From Candidatus Microgenomates bacterium (GTDB lineage Bacteria; Patescibacteriota; Microgenomatia; UBA1400; PJMF01), in contig WFRK01000026.1 in NCBI GenBank assembly GCA_015486535.1, positions 1 through 51,567 on the forward strand: DNA of 51,567 bases. Direction: 5' to 3'. Numbering within the stretch: the stretch's first letter is position 1; each line of letters opens with the position of its first letter. Shown one piece after another: positions 1 through 8,698 of the stretch. The notes below the pieces were generated by a model, which was not told the origin of the DNA, did no database searches, and saw nothing but the letters and a program-made list of their open reading frames with translations. The translations under genes and the position numbers were made by a program.

Positions 1-69
1 ATTGATGGCGCTGCGATGCGTCAGTGCCGTGGTCAGTAATTGCTGATTTTTAAACAGAGGTATAGACAT
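1..69 (-). CDS. rnc: Ribonuclease III, N-terminal fragment (gene runs off the left edge)
   Basis: Own translation of the minus strand from the ATG at 67-69 gives MSIPLFKNQQLLTTALTHRSAIN. LLxxALTHRS is the conserved RNase III N-terminus. It is absent from the ORF track because the window edge truncates it. Confidence 0.55.
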   Translation of the reverse strand, partial: MSIPLFKNQQLLTTALTHRSAIN

Positions 70-80
70 AACGATGTTTT

Positions 81-332
81 TTATCCGAGCTCAATTTCTT
101 CATCAATAATGTTGGCTAAATCGGCCACTGTAGCAATGACATCGTTGAGATCATGAGCCGATAGGTCAACGTCAAATTTTTGATTAATATGAGCAATTAA
201 ACGCTCAAAATCATCATCCAGAATGATTCCTAAATCATCATCCAAGCTTGAATCCGCCTTAATATTTTTTGGTTCATTGCCGGTAACTTCGGCAATTAAC
301 TCGACAAGTTGATTAAAAGTTTTATTTTTCAT
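81..332 (-). CDS. Small acidic acyl-carrier-protein-like protein
   Basis: The ORF track gives 81..404. I prefer the ATG at 330-332 (MKNKTFNQLVELIAEVTG...), giving 83 aa. KADSSLDDDLGIILDDDFERLIAHINQKF resembles the ACP DSL site plus acidic helix II. It overlaps the nusB stop by 11 nt. Confidence 0.45.
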   Translation of the reverse strand: MKNKTFNQLVELIAEVTGNEPKNIKADSSLDDDLGIILDDDFERLIAHINQKFDVDLSAHDLNDVIATVADLANIIDEEIELG

Positions 333-711
333 TTTTTGCTTCTTTCTGAACGAGTAACTTTCCCAATACACCGTTAACAAATTTAGGTGAACTTTCAGAA
401 CCAAACTCTTTCGCTATTTCCACCGCTTCATTAATCAAAACTTTAACGGGTGTTGACTGTACCATTGATTCAAACACAGTTGCCCGTAGAATAGCAAGGT
501 CCAATTTATTGATTTGATCAATTGGTCTTTCGCGCGCGATAGTGGCAATTCGCTGATCAATTTCCTCTAAATGACTAAAGAAATCAGCAAGATAATCTCG
601 TTTCCTTGGTTGATTAATCGTTACTTGAGAGGCATTTTTTGTGACAAAAGTGGCGGCAAAGATTTGCTGCATCAATTTAATTCTTTTTTGATGGCGGGAG
701 TCAAGTCTCAT
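322..711 (-). CDS. nusB: Transcription antitermination factor NusB
   Basis: 129 aa. The N-terminal basic RxxxR region, LDLAILRATVFE and INEAVEIAKEFGSESSPKFVNGVLGKL are typical NusB motifs. Confidence 0.85.
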   Translation of the reverse strand: MRLDSRHQKRIKLMQQIFAATFVTKNASQVTINQPRKRDYLADFFSHLEEIDQRIATIARERPIDQINKLDLAILRATVFESMVQSTPVKVLINEAVEIAKEFGSESSPKFVNGVLGKLLVQKEAKNEK

Positions 712-873
712 TTAAAGTGAAATACCGATTTTTTTCATCAAAGTCATGACAAAACTTCGTTTATGCAACCCGACTTTGGCAACATTGAAATCCTTTTCTA
801 GCTTTGGTCTATTGCCATGTCTTCGTTTACCGCGTTCGGCAGAAGTGATTTTATTTTTTGGTAATGCTCCCAT
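712..873 (-). CDS. rpmF: 50S ribosomal protein L32
   Basis: Own translation, below the ORF-track size cut-off: MGALPKNKITSAERGKRRHGNRPKLEKDFNVAKVGLHKRSFVMTLMKKIGISL (53 aa). The PKxKxSxxRxxxRR start is typical of bL32. An AAGGAG Shine-Dalgarno lies at 880-885, 6 nt from the ATG. The stop abuts the nusB start. Confidence 0.8.
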   Translation of the reverse strand: MGALPKNKITSAERGKRRHGNRPKLEKDFNVAKVGLHKRSFVMTLMKKIGISL

Positions 874-962
874 TTTAGGCTCCTTTTATTAGTTACTTTT
901 CCAATTATATCTGGAAAAATCAATTCTGACAATTCTAAAGCGAACCAAGATAAAATGCAAGC

Positions 963-2999
963 TTAGTTTAGTTGAGCTGTTCCAACCTTGATTTTTGGTG
1001 CCAAAAAAGAACTCCATGACTTTGGCAATTGTTGATAGATTGTTTGTGCTTGTTTAATCACTTGAGGGTCAAGCCAGTGAGCAAATTGGAGATTAGCCAA
1101 ACCATGTTGATTGGTGTTAAAAATATCACCGCTACCTCGGTATTTTAGGTCAAGTTCGGCGATTTTTTGACCGTCGTGCAAGTGACTAAATTGTCTTAGT
1201 CGTTTAATAACTTGTTTCTGTTCTGCCTGACTAAAAAGAAAACAGTAAGCCGTTTGGCCCCGACGTCCCACTCGACCACGCAGTTGGTGCAAACTGGCGA
1301 GACCAAAACGTTCGGCCGATTCGATAATGATTATATTCGCCTGAGGTAGATCAACACCTACCTCGATCATTGGGGTGGCGATCAGGAGTTGGATTTTACC
1401 GAGACGCAAATCAGTCGTTGTTTGAGTTTGGGCTGCTTGAGACATGCGACCATGCAACATACTCATATTCAGGTGGGGAAATCTCTCTCGATACTCCGCA
1501 AAAACCTTCTTTACCGCTTTGATATTTTCTAAAGCACGATGATATGAGGGATCGATAAAAGGAGCAACCACTAGAGTAATGGTATTTGGTTGGTTGTCAA
1601 ATTGCTTCTTCAGCCAAGAGAACATTTGTTCCCGTTTAGCTTCTGTTACCAAAGCCGTCTTGATTGGTGGTTTACTCATTGGTTGAGTCTTGATTAGGGA
1701 AATATCGACGTGAGCGAAGATTGTCAAAATCAGACTGCGAGGAATTGGTGTGGCCGTCATGTTCAGCACATGAGGATGATAACCCTTCAAATCTTGACTT
1801 CTTTGCCAAACGCCGAATTTTTGTTGTTCATCATATACAATCAAAGCAGGTTTGATTTTGTCTAATTGTCGAATCAAAGCGTGAGTGCCGATAAACAGAT
1901 GGGGCATTTTTAGGTCATCCGCTTTTAATTTAGATTGGGCTGTCACCAACTTGATTGACAAATGGGGAAGAAGTTTCTTTAATTGTTGATAATGCTGCTG
2001 CGCCAGGATCACTGTCGGTGCAATTAAGACGGCCGCTCGACCTTGTTGCACAACTTGAGCGGCGACGAGACCGGCAACGACTGTCTTACCTGTACCAACA
2101 TCACCCATAAGCAAGCGATTCATTGGATAAGTTTGATTCATATCATGATCAATTTCATCTAAGACTTTGAGTTGGTCGCCCGTCAACTTAAACGGTAAAT
2201 GCTTTATCAATTGCTGTAATTGCACCGCTTTAGTGGGGATGACGATCGCTTTTTGCTGATATTTTAGATAATGTTTTGCCGCTTCCGAGTAATCAATAAT
2301 TGCTAGCATCTCTTCCAGAGCGAGTCGTTGACGAGCATGAGTCACTTGGTTTGCTTTCTGTGGAAAGTGAAGTTGCTGAAAAGTGAGGTCAAGTCGCTGT
2401 TGATCAATTTCCCCTTCAATTAGTGCTTGAGTTGGGTGATCCACTATAGTATTACGCCATACTTGACTGACAACGTCCGGAATCTCAACCAAATGATGCA
2501 GGATTTGTTGCAAGATGCGTCTTAAAGTTCCTTGAGCCACATGTAGGCGGCTCGAATAGTAAGGGACTAATCGAGCGGTATGAATTTGTTCCAGGGCAAC
2601 TCTCTCGCACTTGGGTTGAATGAGATTGCGATATTTAGGCGTGTAGTAACCGCTAAAGTAGAAAATAACTCCTTCTTTTAATTGATTTAAGATGTAGCGA
2701 CTATTAAAAAAAATCAGTTTTATTTGCCCGGTTTCATCAGCCACCGTCGCAGTTTGGATCATTTTTGATCCACGACGAAATTGACTGACATTAATTACTT
2801 TAGCTTTGATGGTGATCAGCTTTTTTTTGGGCAATTCAATTGCTTCAGCCACAGTCATGAAGTGAGTGGCATCCAAATAACGTAATGGGGCAAATAAAAG
2901 CAGATCGCGCACTGTTTTTAATCCCTGCTCGGTAAATTTTGCCGCTAACCGCTCGCCTACTCCAGTGACGTGATGTAGCGGTGTTTCTAAAGTGTACAT
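963..2999 (-). CDS. recG: ATP-dependent DNA helicase RecG
   Basis: 678 aa. It has Walker A GDVGTGKT, DEQQKFG (DExx box) and motif VI HQLRGRVGRRG, with an N-terminal OB/wedge-like region ahead of the SF2 helicase core. Confidence 0.9.
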   Translation of the reverse strand: MYTLETPLHHVTGVGERLAAKFTEQGLKTVRDLLLFAPLRYLDATHFMTVAEAIELPKKKLITIKAKVINVSQFRRGSKMIQTATVADETGQIKLIFFNSRYILNQLKEGVIFYFSGYYTPKYRNLIQPKCERVALEQIHTARLVPYYSSRLHVAQGTLRRILQQILHHLVEIPDVVSQVWRNTIVDHPTQALIEGEIDQQRLDLTFQQLHFPQKANQVTHARQRLALEEMLAIIDYSEAAKHYLKYQQKAIVIPTKAVQLQQLIKHLPFKLTGDQLKVLDEIDHDMNQTYPMNRLLMGDVGTGKTVVAGLVAAQVVQQGRAAVLIAPTVILAQQHYQQLKKLLPHLSIKLVTAQSKLKADDLKMPHLFIGTHALIRQLDKIKPALIVYDEQQKFGVWQRSQDLKGYHPHVLNMTATPIPRSLILTIFAHVDISLIKTQPMSKPPIKTALVTEAKREQMFSWLKKQFDNQPNTITLVVAPFIDPSYHRALENIKAVKKVFAEYRERFPHLNMSMLHGRMSQAAQTQTTTDLRLGKIQLLIATPMIEVGVDLPQANIIIIESAERFGLASLHQLRGRVGRRGQTAYCFLFSQAEQKQVIKRLRQFSHLHDGQKIAELDLKYRGSGDIFNTNQHGLANLQFAHWLDPQVIKQAQTIYQQLPKSWSSFLAPKIKVGTAQLN

Positions 3000-3067
3000 G
3001 ATTAACTGACTCGTTGCTCACTTTCATTTGTATTTATGACGAGCGCACTGTTTTTTTATCCCCAATC

Positions 3068-3175
3068 TCAACTGAAAAGATAAAAGAGACCACCTCCCAA
3101 GAGACTAATGACCATGCCAATAATAGCGACAATGGCGAAAATTTTAATGAATAATTCTCGATGTTTTCTGGTCAC
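3068..3175 (-). CDS. Possible 35-aa single-pass membrane peptide
   Basis: Own translation from the GTG at 3173-3175: (M)TRKHRELFIKIFAIVAIIGMVISLLGGGLFYLFS. An AAAGGGG ribosome-binding-like motif lies about 7 nt upstream. It sits in the tyrS-recG gap on the same strand as both. No homology evidence. Confidence 0.25.
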   Translation of the reverse strand: MTRKHRELFIKIFAIVAIIGMVISLLGGGLFYLFS

Positions 3176-3198
3176 GAATTTACCCCTTTCTAATTTAA

Positions 3199-4422
3199 TC
3201 AACTTATTTGTTTAAGATTGAACCAATGTTTTTTGCCGATTTTGATTGTTTTCACTTGAGAAAGATCGACAAGATGATTAATATCAATTGGTTTTTGATC
3301 ACTCGGCAATAGCGTCACGCCTCCTTGTTGAATGAGTCTTTTTAACTGGCTACTGGAATATTGTGGCAAACAACTGCGACAAATTGAAATCAATCGGTGA
3401 TCATCAGTGCGAATGTCAATTGTAATAATATTGTCTGGTGCTTGTTTGTCTTGGACGGTGTTTTGCCAATATTTTGCTGCCTTGTCAGCCAGTGCTGGTC
3501 GATGATAAGTAGCCGTGATCGTCCAAGCTAACTTTTTCTTAAACTCCATTGGATTAGTACCAGCAGCCATTGCTTTTGTCATTTGATCAATCTCGCTCAA
3601 AGGGATGTCGGTGAGAAGCTGAAAATAGATGCTAATTTGTTCGTCGTTCAAGCGCATCAATTTAGCATACATATGAAGATAATCTTCGGTTAAAGCAATA
3701 AAGTTGCCATAACTTTTACTCATTTTTCGTCCATCAAGACCAGCAATAATCGGCGTAGTGAGAACCCATTTTTCTTTATTATGATAAATTTTTTGTAATT
3801 GACGTCCCATCATCATGTTAAATAATTGATCACTACCGCCAATTTCAAGATCAACATCCATGGCGACAGAATCATAGCCTTGGAGCATCGGATACATGAT
3901 TTCATGACCGTGAATCGGTAGATTTTTCTTCAAGCGTGCTTGAAACATATCTCGCTCCATGAGCTGTTGGACGGTAATTTTGGCCATCAGTTTGATCACA
4001 TCGGGCATTTTCATTTGATCAAGCCAATCGCCGTTATGACGAATCTCGATGGTGCTAAAGTCAAGAATTTTACTTGCTTGTTGACGCCAGTGACGAAAAT
4101 TAGCTTCAATTTGCGCCTCGGTTAATTCTGGTCGGGTGCTGTCCTTGCCGGTTGGGTCGCCGATTTTGACCGTCCCATTACCAATCAATAAAATCACTTG
4201 ATGACCGAGATTGGCTAGTTGCTGCAATTTTCGCAATACCACACCATGACCTAAAGTTAATAGAGAACCGGTTGGGTCAATGCCTAAATAAATTTTGATA
4301 CGGCGTTGGCTCATCAGCTTAATTAATTGGTCCAGATCAGGCAGTATCTGTTCTACTCCTCGAGTGAGCACTTGACGAATTTTCTCTTTATCAGTGATTA
4401 ATTTTGACATAATCTCCTTCAT
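3199..4422 (-). CDS. tyrS: Tyrosyl-tRNA synthetase
   Basis: 407 aa. It has the class I HIGH-type motif (LTLGHG), KMSKS (RKMSKSYG) and a C-terminal S4-like domain (LKRLIQQGGVTL). A GAAGGAG sits just upstream of the internal ATG at 4410, so that is an alternative start. Confidence 0.88.
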   Translation of the reverse strand: MKEIMSKLITDKEKIRQVLTRGVEQILPDLDQLIKLMSQRRIKIYLGIDPTGSLLTLGHGVVLRKLQQLANLGHQVILLIGNGTVKIGDPTGKDSTRPELTEAQIEANFRHWRQQASKILDFSTIEIRHNGDWLDQMKMPDVIKLMAKITVQQLMERDMFQARLKKNLPIHGHEIMYPMLQGYDSVAMDVDLEIGGSDQLFNMMMGRQLQKIYHNKEKWVLTTPIIAGLDGRKMSKSYGNFIALTEDYLHMYAKLMRLNDEQISIYFQLLTDIPLSEIDQMTKAMAAGTNPMEFKKKLAWTITATYHRPALADKAAKYWQNTVQDKQAPDNIITIDIRTDDHRLISICRSCLPQYSSSQLKRLIQQGGVTLLPSDQKPIDINHLVDLSQVKTIKIGKKHWFNLKQIS

Positions 4423-4510
4423 TCTACGTGATTTTTAGTTAATTTGCATGAGCAGTTGAGGGGAAAGCAGCGCTTGGTTTCAATATTTTTTCCATTATAA
4501 TAGGATAGCT

Positions 4511-7312
4511 ATGCGCTGCCGATTAAAACAATTTTTATCACGCATTGCTTCATTCCGAGAAAAAAAGACAATGTTTTTAGCAAAAATGAAGCGACGAAAA
4601 CTTAGTCACAAAACTCGCTCACGCCAAGCAAGTAGTCGTTTGCAGACTGAAAAACGGAAATTAGTTTGGTTGAAACTATTACGTTGGTTTATTATTGCTG
4701 CCTTAGTGACGGTTTTGGCGCTTATTTTTGGTTTTATCTTTCTATTTGCTCGTTATGCTAAATCTTTGCCGGAACCAGGCAAGGTGGTCAGACATAACGG
4801 TTTCAGCACGAAAATCGTCGACCGTCATGGTAAGGTTCTCTTCAATTTATATAATGAGCAATATCGCGTGCCGGTGAAAATTGCTAATGTACCTCAAAGT
4901 CTAAAAGATGCGACAGTAGCGACCGAGGACAAGGAATTTTATTCTCATCGTGGTTTTGATCCACTCATTTTCATCCGGGCACCTTATTATTTGCTGACTA
5001 AGCGGCGGGTGGTTGGTGGTTCAACTTTAACTCAACAGTTAGTCAAAAAAGCACTTCTCAGTGATGAACGCAGTATTGCCCGCAAATTCAAACAAATTGT
5101 TTTGGCCCTAGAGATTGAACGCAAGTTTTCCAAAGATCAAATTTTAGAAATGTATCTCAATGAAGTCCCCTATGGTGGGCCCGCCTACGGTGTGGGTGCG
5201 GCGGCCAAGATGTATTTTGATAAACCGGTCTCAGATCTAAATTTGGTCGAATCGGCCATTCTGGCCGGTTTGCCTCAGAGACCATCAGCCTACTCGCCCT
5301 ATTCCGGTAAAACCACCAAAGATGGTGAGCCGCTCTGGCAACTGCGGACGAAAGGTGTTTTGCGGCGCATGAGGGAAGACAAAAAAATTACCGCCGCCGC
5401 TTATCAAAATGCTTTGGCGAGTTTGGATAAAGTAAAGTTCAAACGGGGCATTGGCGGCATGAAAGCGCCCCATTTTGTTTTTTACGTGCGAGATCAATTA
5501 GAACAGATGTTTGGCCCGGAAATTATTAGCCAAGGTGGTTTGACCGTTAAAACAACGCTTGATCTAGACATGCAACAAAAAGCGCAAAAGATTGTCAGTG
5601 AGGAAATTGATAAAGTCGAAAAATTAAATATTACCAACGGAGCGGCAATGATGGTTGATCCTAATACGGGAGAAATATTAGTGATGGTTGGCAGTCGCAA
5701 TTTCAAAAGTAATAAAATTGATGGCCAATTTAATGTTGCTGTCAATGGATTAAGGCAGCCAGGTAGTTCAATTAAACCGGTAGTTTATTTGACACTGATG
5801 AGACGACTCGGATTTACACCTGCCAGCATGATGATTGATGTGCCCACCGTCTTTCAGCAAAATGACAAAATGAAGCCATATAAACCGAGGAATTATGATG
5901 GTAAATTTAGAGGCCCGGTTCCTCTACGCTACGCCTTAGCTAGTTCCTTGAATATTCCGGCGGTAAAGGCGATTGCTAAAGTTGGCATTAAACCCGTACT
6001 GAATCAAGCATACTTAATGGGTTTCAAAACATTAGAACCAACAAAGAAAAATCTCAGCCGTTTAGGTTTGGCGGTTGCTTTGGGAGGTGGTGAGGTTCAT
6101 TTGATCGATTCTGTGAGCGCTTACAGTGCTTTTGCCAATGGTGGCCACAAAGTTAAGCCTATCTCAATTTTAGAAATCAAAGATAAAGATGGTCAGGTTA
6201 TCTATCAACAGGACAAAGTGTTGAAAAATGAGTTGGTGATGACCCCGTCAGAAGCATTTCTGATTGATAGTATCTTATCTGATAATCAAGCGCGCTCACT
6301 CGCTTTTGGTCTTCATTCACAACTGAATATTAGTCCCGACATTGCGGTCAAAACCGGTACGACCAATGATCAACGAGATAACTGGGCCATCGGTTGGAGT
6401 CGTCAAGTTTTGGTGGGTGCTTGGGTTGGAAATAATGATAATAGTGCCATGAAACGAGTTGCTTCTGGTGTTTCTGGAGCAACACCAATTTGGCGGCGGA
6501 TTATGCTGTTGGCGATAAAAAATGGTTATAAGCCATTACCGTGGGTTAGGCCGGACAATGTAGAAACAGTTACGGTTGACAAGATTTCTGGCTATCCCGA
6601 ACATGATGGTTTTCCTACCAGAAAAGACTTTGCCATCAAAGGGACCCTCCCCTCTTTGCCTGATCCTTATCATACGAAGCTAAAATTATGTCGTGGTCAG
6701 GAAAAATTAGCGACTGATGCTCAAATTGCCGCCGGTGACTATGATGAAAAAGAATTCATCATCTTGAAAGAAAAAGATCCCTACAGCACTGATGGCCGTA
6801 ATCGTTGGCAGGAAGGCATTGATGCTTGGATTAAAACTAACGCTGATCCGAAATATCATTATCCAACGGAGTATTGTGGTGATCAATCAGCGATTTATTT
6901 GGAACTTAAACAGCCGGAGGATAAAAAGAATTATGCTCATGAATCCATTCCGTTTGAAATTCAAGCTGATGCGGGCCAAGGGATTCAAAAAATTGAAATT
7001 TATGCTAATGGGAAGTTGATCAAAACAGTTGATGATCATCAATTTAAAGGTGACTTAAAATTGACAGCCAACAGGTACGAAGTTTGGGCCAAAGCTTATT
7101 CGCGCGATGGTAAAACGAAAGAAAGTCATAAAAATCAGATTGGCACCGGGGGTGTTACTTGGAATGAACCCAGTCCAACACCAACGCCATTACCGACAGC
7201 GACCTCAACGCCAACACCAACCTCAGCCCCAACTCCCACAGTTGGCCCATCACTCTCTGCGACACCAACGGCGACCCCAAGCCCAACAGCAGAACCAACA
7301 ACCACGCCTTAA
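4511..7312 (+). CDS. Class A penicillin-binding protein (transglycosylase/transpeptidase) with C-terminal beta-domain and Pro/Thr-rich tail
   Basis: 933 aa with a TM anchor. GT51 motifs are EDKEFYSHRGFD and GGSTLTQQLVK. Transpeptidase motifs are SxxK (GSSIKP) and KTGTTND. The last ~55 aa are almost only P/T/S/A. The start may be the ATG at 4571 (MFLAKMKRRK). Confidence 0.9.
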   Translation: MRCRLKQFLSRIASFREKKTMFLAKMKRRKLSHKTRSRQASSRLQTEKRKLVWLKLLRWFIIAALVTVLALIFGFIFLFARYAKSLPEPGKVVRHNGFSTKIVDRHGKVLFNLYNEQYRVPVKIANVPQSLKDATVATEDKEFYSHRGFDPLIFIRAPYYLLTKRRVVGGSTLTQQLVKKALLSDERSIARKFKQIVLALEIERKFSKDQILEMYLNEVPYGGPAYGVGAAAKMYFDKPVSDLNLVESAILAGLPQRPSAYSPYSGKTTKDGEPLWQLRTKGVLRRMREDKKITAAAYQNALASLDKVKFKRGIGGMKAPHFVFYVRDQLEQMFGPEIISQGGLTVKTTLDLDMQQKAQKIVSEEIDKVEKLNITNGAAMMVDPNTGEILVMVGSRNFKSNKIDGQFNVAVNGLRQPGSSIKPVVYLTLMRRLGFTPASMMIDVPTVFQQNDKMKPYKPRNYDGKFRGPVPLRYALASSLNIPAVKAIAKVGIKPVLNQAYLMGFKTLEPTKKNLSRLGLAVALGGGEVHLIDSVSAYSAFANGGHKVKPISILEIKDKDGQVIYQQDKVLKNELVMTPSEAFLIDSILSDNQARSLAFGLHSQLNISPDIAVKTGTTNDQRDNWAIGWSRQVLVGAWVGNNDNSAMKRVASGVSGATPIWRRIMLLAIKNGYKPLPWVRPDNVETVTVDKISGYPEHDGFPTRKDFAIKGTLPSLPDPYHTKLKLCRGQEKLATDAQIAAGDYDEKEFIILKEKDPYSTDGRNRWQEGIDAWIKTNADPKYHYPTEYCGDQSAIYLELKQPEDKKNYAHESIPFEIQADAGQGIQKIEIYANGKLIKTVDDHQFKGDLKLTANRYEVWAKAYSRDGKTKESHKNQIGTGGVTWNEPSPTPTPLPTATSTPTPTSAPTPTVGPSLSATPTATPSPTAEPTTTP

Positions 7313-7349
7313 GAAATTGATCTTTTTTTTATTGATGACTCATTGATTA

Positions 7350-8633
7350 TTAGTGGTTGGCTGTTATTTGAGTAAGACTAATTGCAAGCACAAGTGTCAT
7401 TAAGCCAGCTGACTGGGTGACCAGATAATGATCGAGACTTGCCAGGGGGATGATGGCAAATAAAATAAGCATCAGTGCCCTGTTTAAACTCATTCGCGAG
7501 GAGAGAAAATACCCGATCATCGCAAATAAACTTAAACCTAGCAGACCACTTTCAGCAAGTAATAATAAACCAAGATGATGGGCCGGTTGAGGGAAGCGAA
7601 CAATCTCATTTGCATGACTGAAGCGCTCGACATGAACAGTAAAATTATCTAAACCCACTCCAAATATAGGTTGTTGTTGCCACATTTTTAAAGCGGCTTC
7701 ATTCAATAATTGGCGGCGAAAAAGTGATGGATTGTGGCGATAAATCTGACTGCTCCAGGCGATCAATCCCGGCGTAAGTAGAAAAAAAATTACTGCTATG
7801 ACTAAAGTAGGTTTGAGCCATTTTGGCTGATAACGACTGAGCCACCAGCCAATGAGAGCAAAAATCAGCGCTAAACCGGCCGAAATTGAAGTGGTAATTC
7901 CCAGAATGATGATGACTATTAGTAGAATGAACCAATTGAATCTGCTTCTGGATCGGGTAGCCAACAGTAACCAAAGCAGGCTATCAATGACGATAATACC
8001 TGCCAGGATATTGGGATGGGCGGTCGTACCATAAGCGAGAACTTTTTCGCTACCCATAAAATTACCTCTAGCGAGACCAATTGGTTGACTGAGGTTGGTT
8101 TCTCCTAAAAATTGATAAGGCAGAAATGATTTCTGATAATGGAATTGATAAAGGGCGATAAAAAGTTGAAAAACAATGGTCACAATCAGGCTTAATTTAA
8201 TCAGTGACAAGGCCTTGGGTTGCAATCGCGGGAGTCGCACTAATGCAAGGGCAAAGAGAGCTGCCTCAATCAGTTTGGCTAATCCATAAGCAGAGGCGAG
8301 TAGATTGCTGGTGAAGTATTGTCTCGCCAGGAAAAATATCACCAAACTAACAAAGAGCACCATTACACTTGTCACCCGCTGATATTCTTGGTGCCATTTT
8401 TTCCACCAATTATCCCTTTTTAGCCAAAAAATTGATGTCATGATTATGAAAGCAAGAATGAAGATATCATGAAGATAGATTTTTGGGATCAGATAATCAA
8501 TAAAAAAACCGTTAACGTAGGCATGATTGAGGCTTAATTTGAGAAACAAATTAATCGGCAGGGTGAAAATAATCAATCCGAGCAAGCTAGCCCAGATGAG
8601 ATCAAACGAGACTGATGGTGATTTTTTTTTCAT
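7350..8633 (-). CDS. O-antigen ligase/polymerase-like (Wzy_C-type) polytopic membrane protein
   Basis: 427 aa with more than 10 hydrophobic segments. A loop motif HPNILAG is followed by PAHHLGLLLLAESGLLGL, resembling the Wzy_C/WaaL HNxxLxxxxExGxxG signature. Confidence 0.6.
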   Translation of the reverse strand: MKKKSPSVSFDLIWASLLGLIIFTLPINLFLKLSLNHAYVNGFFIDYLIPKIYLHDIFILAFIIMTSIFWLKRDNWWKKWHQEYQRVTSVMVLFVSLVIFFLARQYFTSNLLASAYGLAKLIEAALFALALVRLPRLQPKALSLIKLSLIVTIVFQLFIALYQFHYQKSFLPYQFLGETNLSQPIGLARGNFMGSEKVLAYGTTAHPNILAGIIVIDSLLWLLLATRSRSRFNWFILLIVIIILGITTSISAGLALIFALIGWWLSRYQPKWLKPTLVIAVIFFLLTPGLIAWSSQIYRHNPSLFRRQLLNEAALKMWQQQPIFGVGLDNFTVHVERFSHANEIVRFPQPAHHLGLLLLAESGLLGLSLFAMIGYFLSSRMSLNRALMLILFAIIPLASLDHYLVTQSAGLMTLVLAISLTQITANH

Positions 8634-8698
8634 TTTTAGATACCAGTCTGATAGGTCTAAGTTTTATCATTTTTAGCACTTTAATCGTCTAAAAATGA

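Noticed and set aside
4511-4570. N-terminal 20-aa extension of the PBP (MRCRLKQFLSRIASFREKKT)
   Set aside because: A TTGGTT-16-TATAAT promoter-like element ends at 4501, leaving almost no leader for the ATG at 4511. The ATG at 4571 or 4586 is at least as likely. The feature coordinates follow the track, but the extension is doubtful.
7107-7346. 79-aa Gln/Arg/Pro-rich ORF overlapping the end of the PBP gene
   Set aside because: It is the +1-frame reading of the repetitive Pro/Thr-coding DNA. It is a low-complexity artefact of the CCA/ACN repeats.
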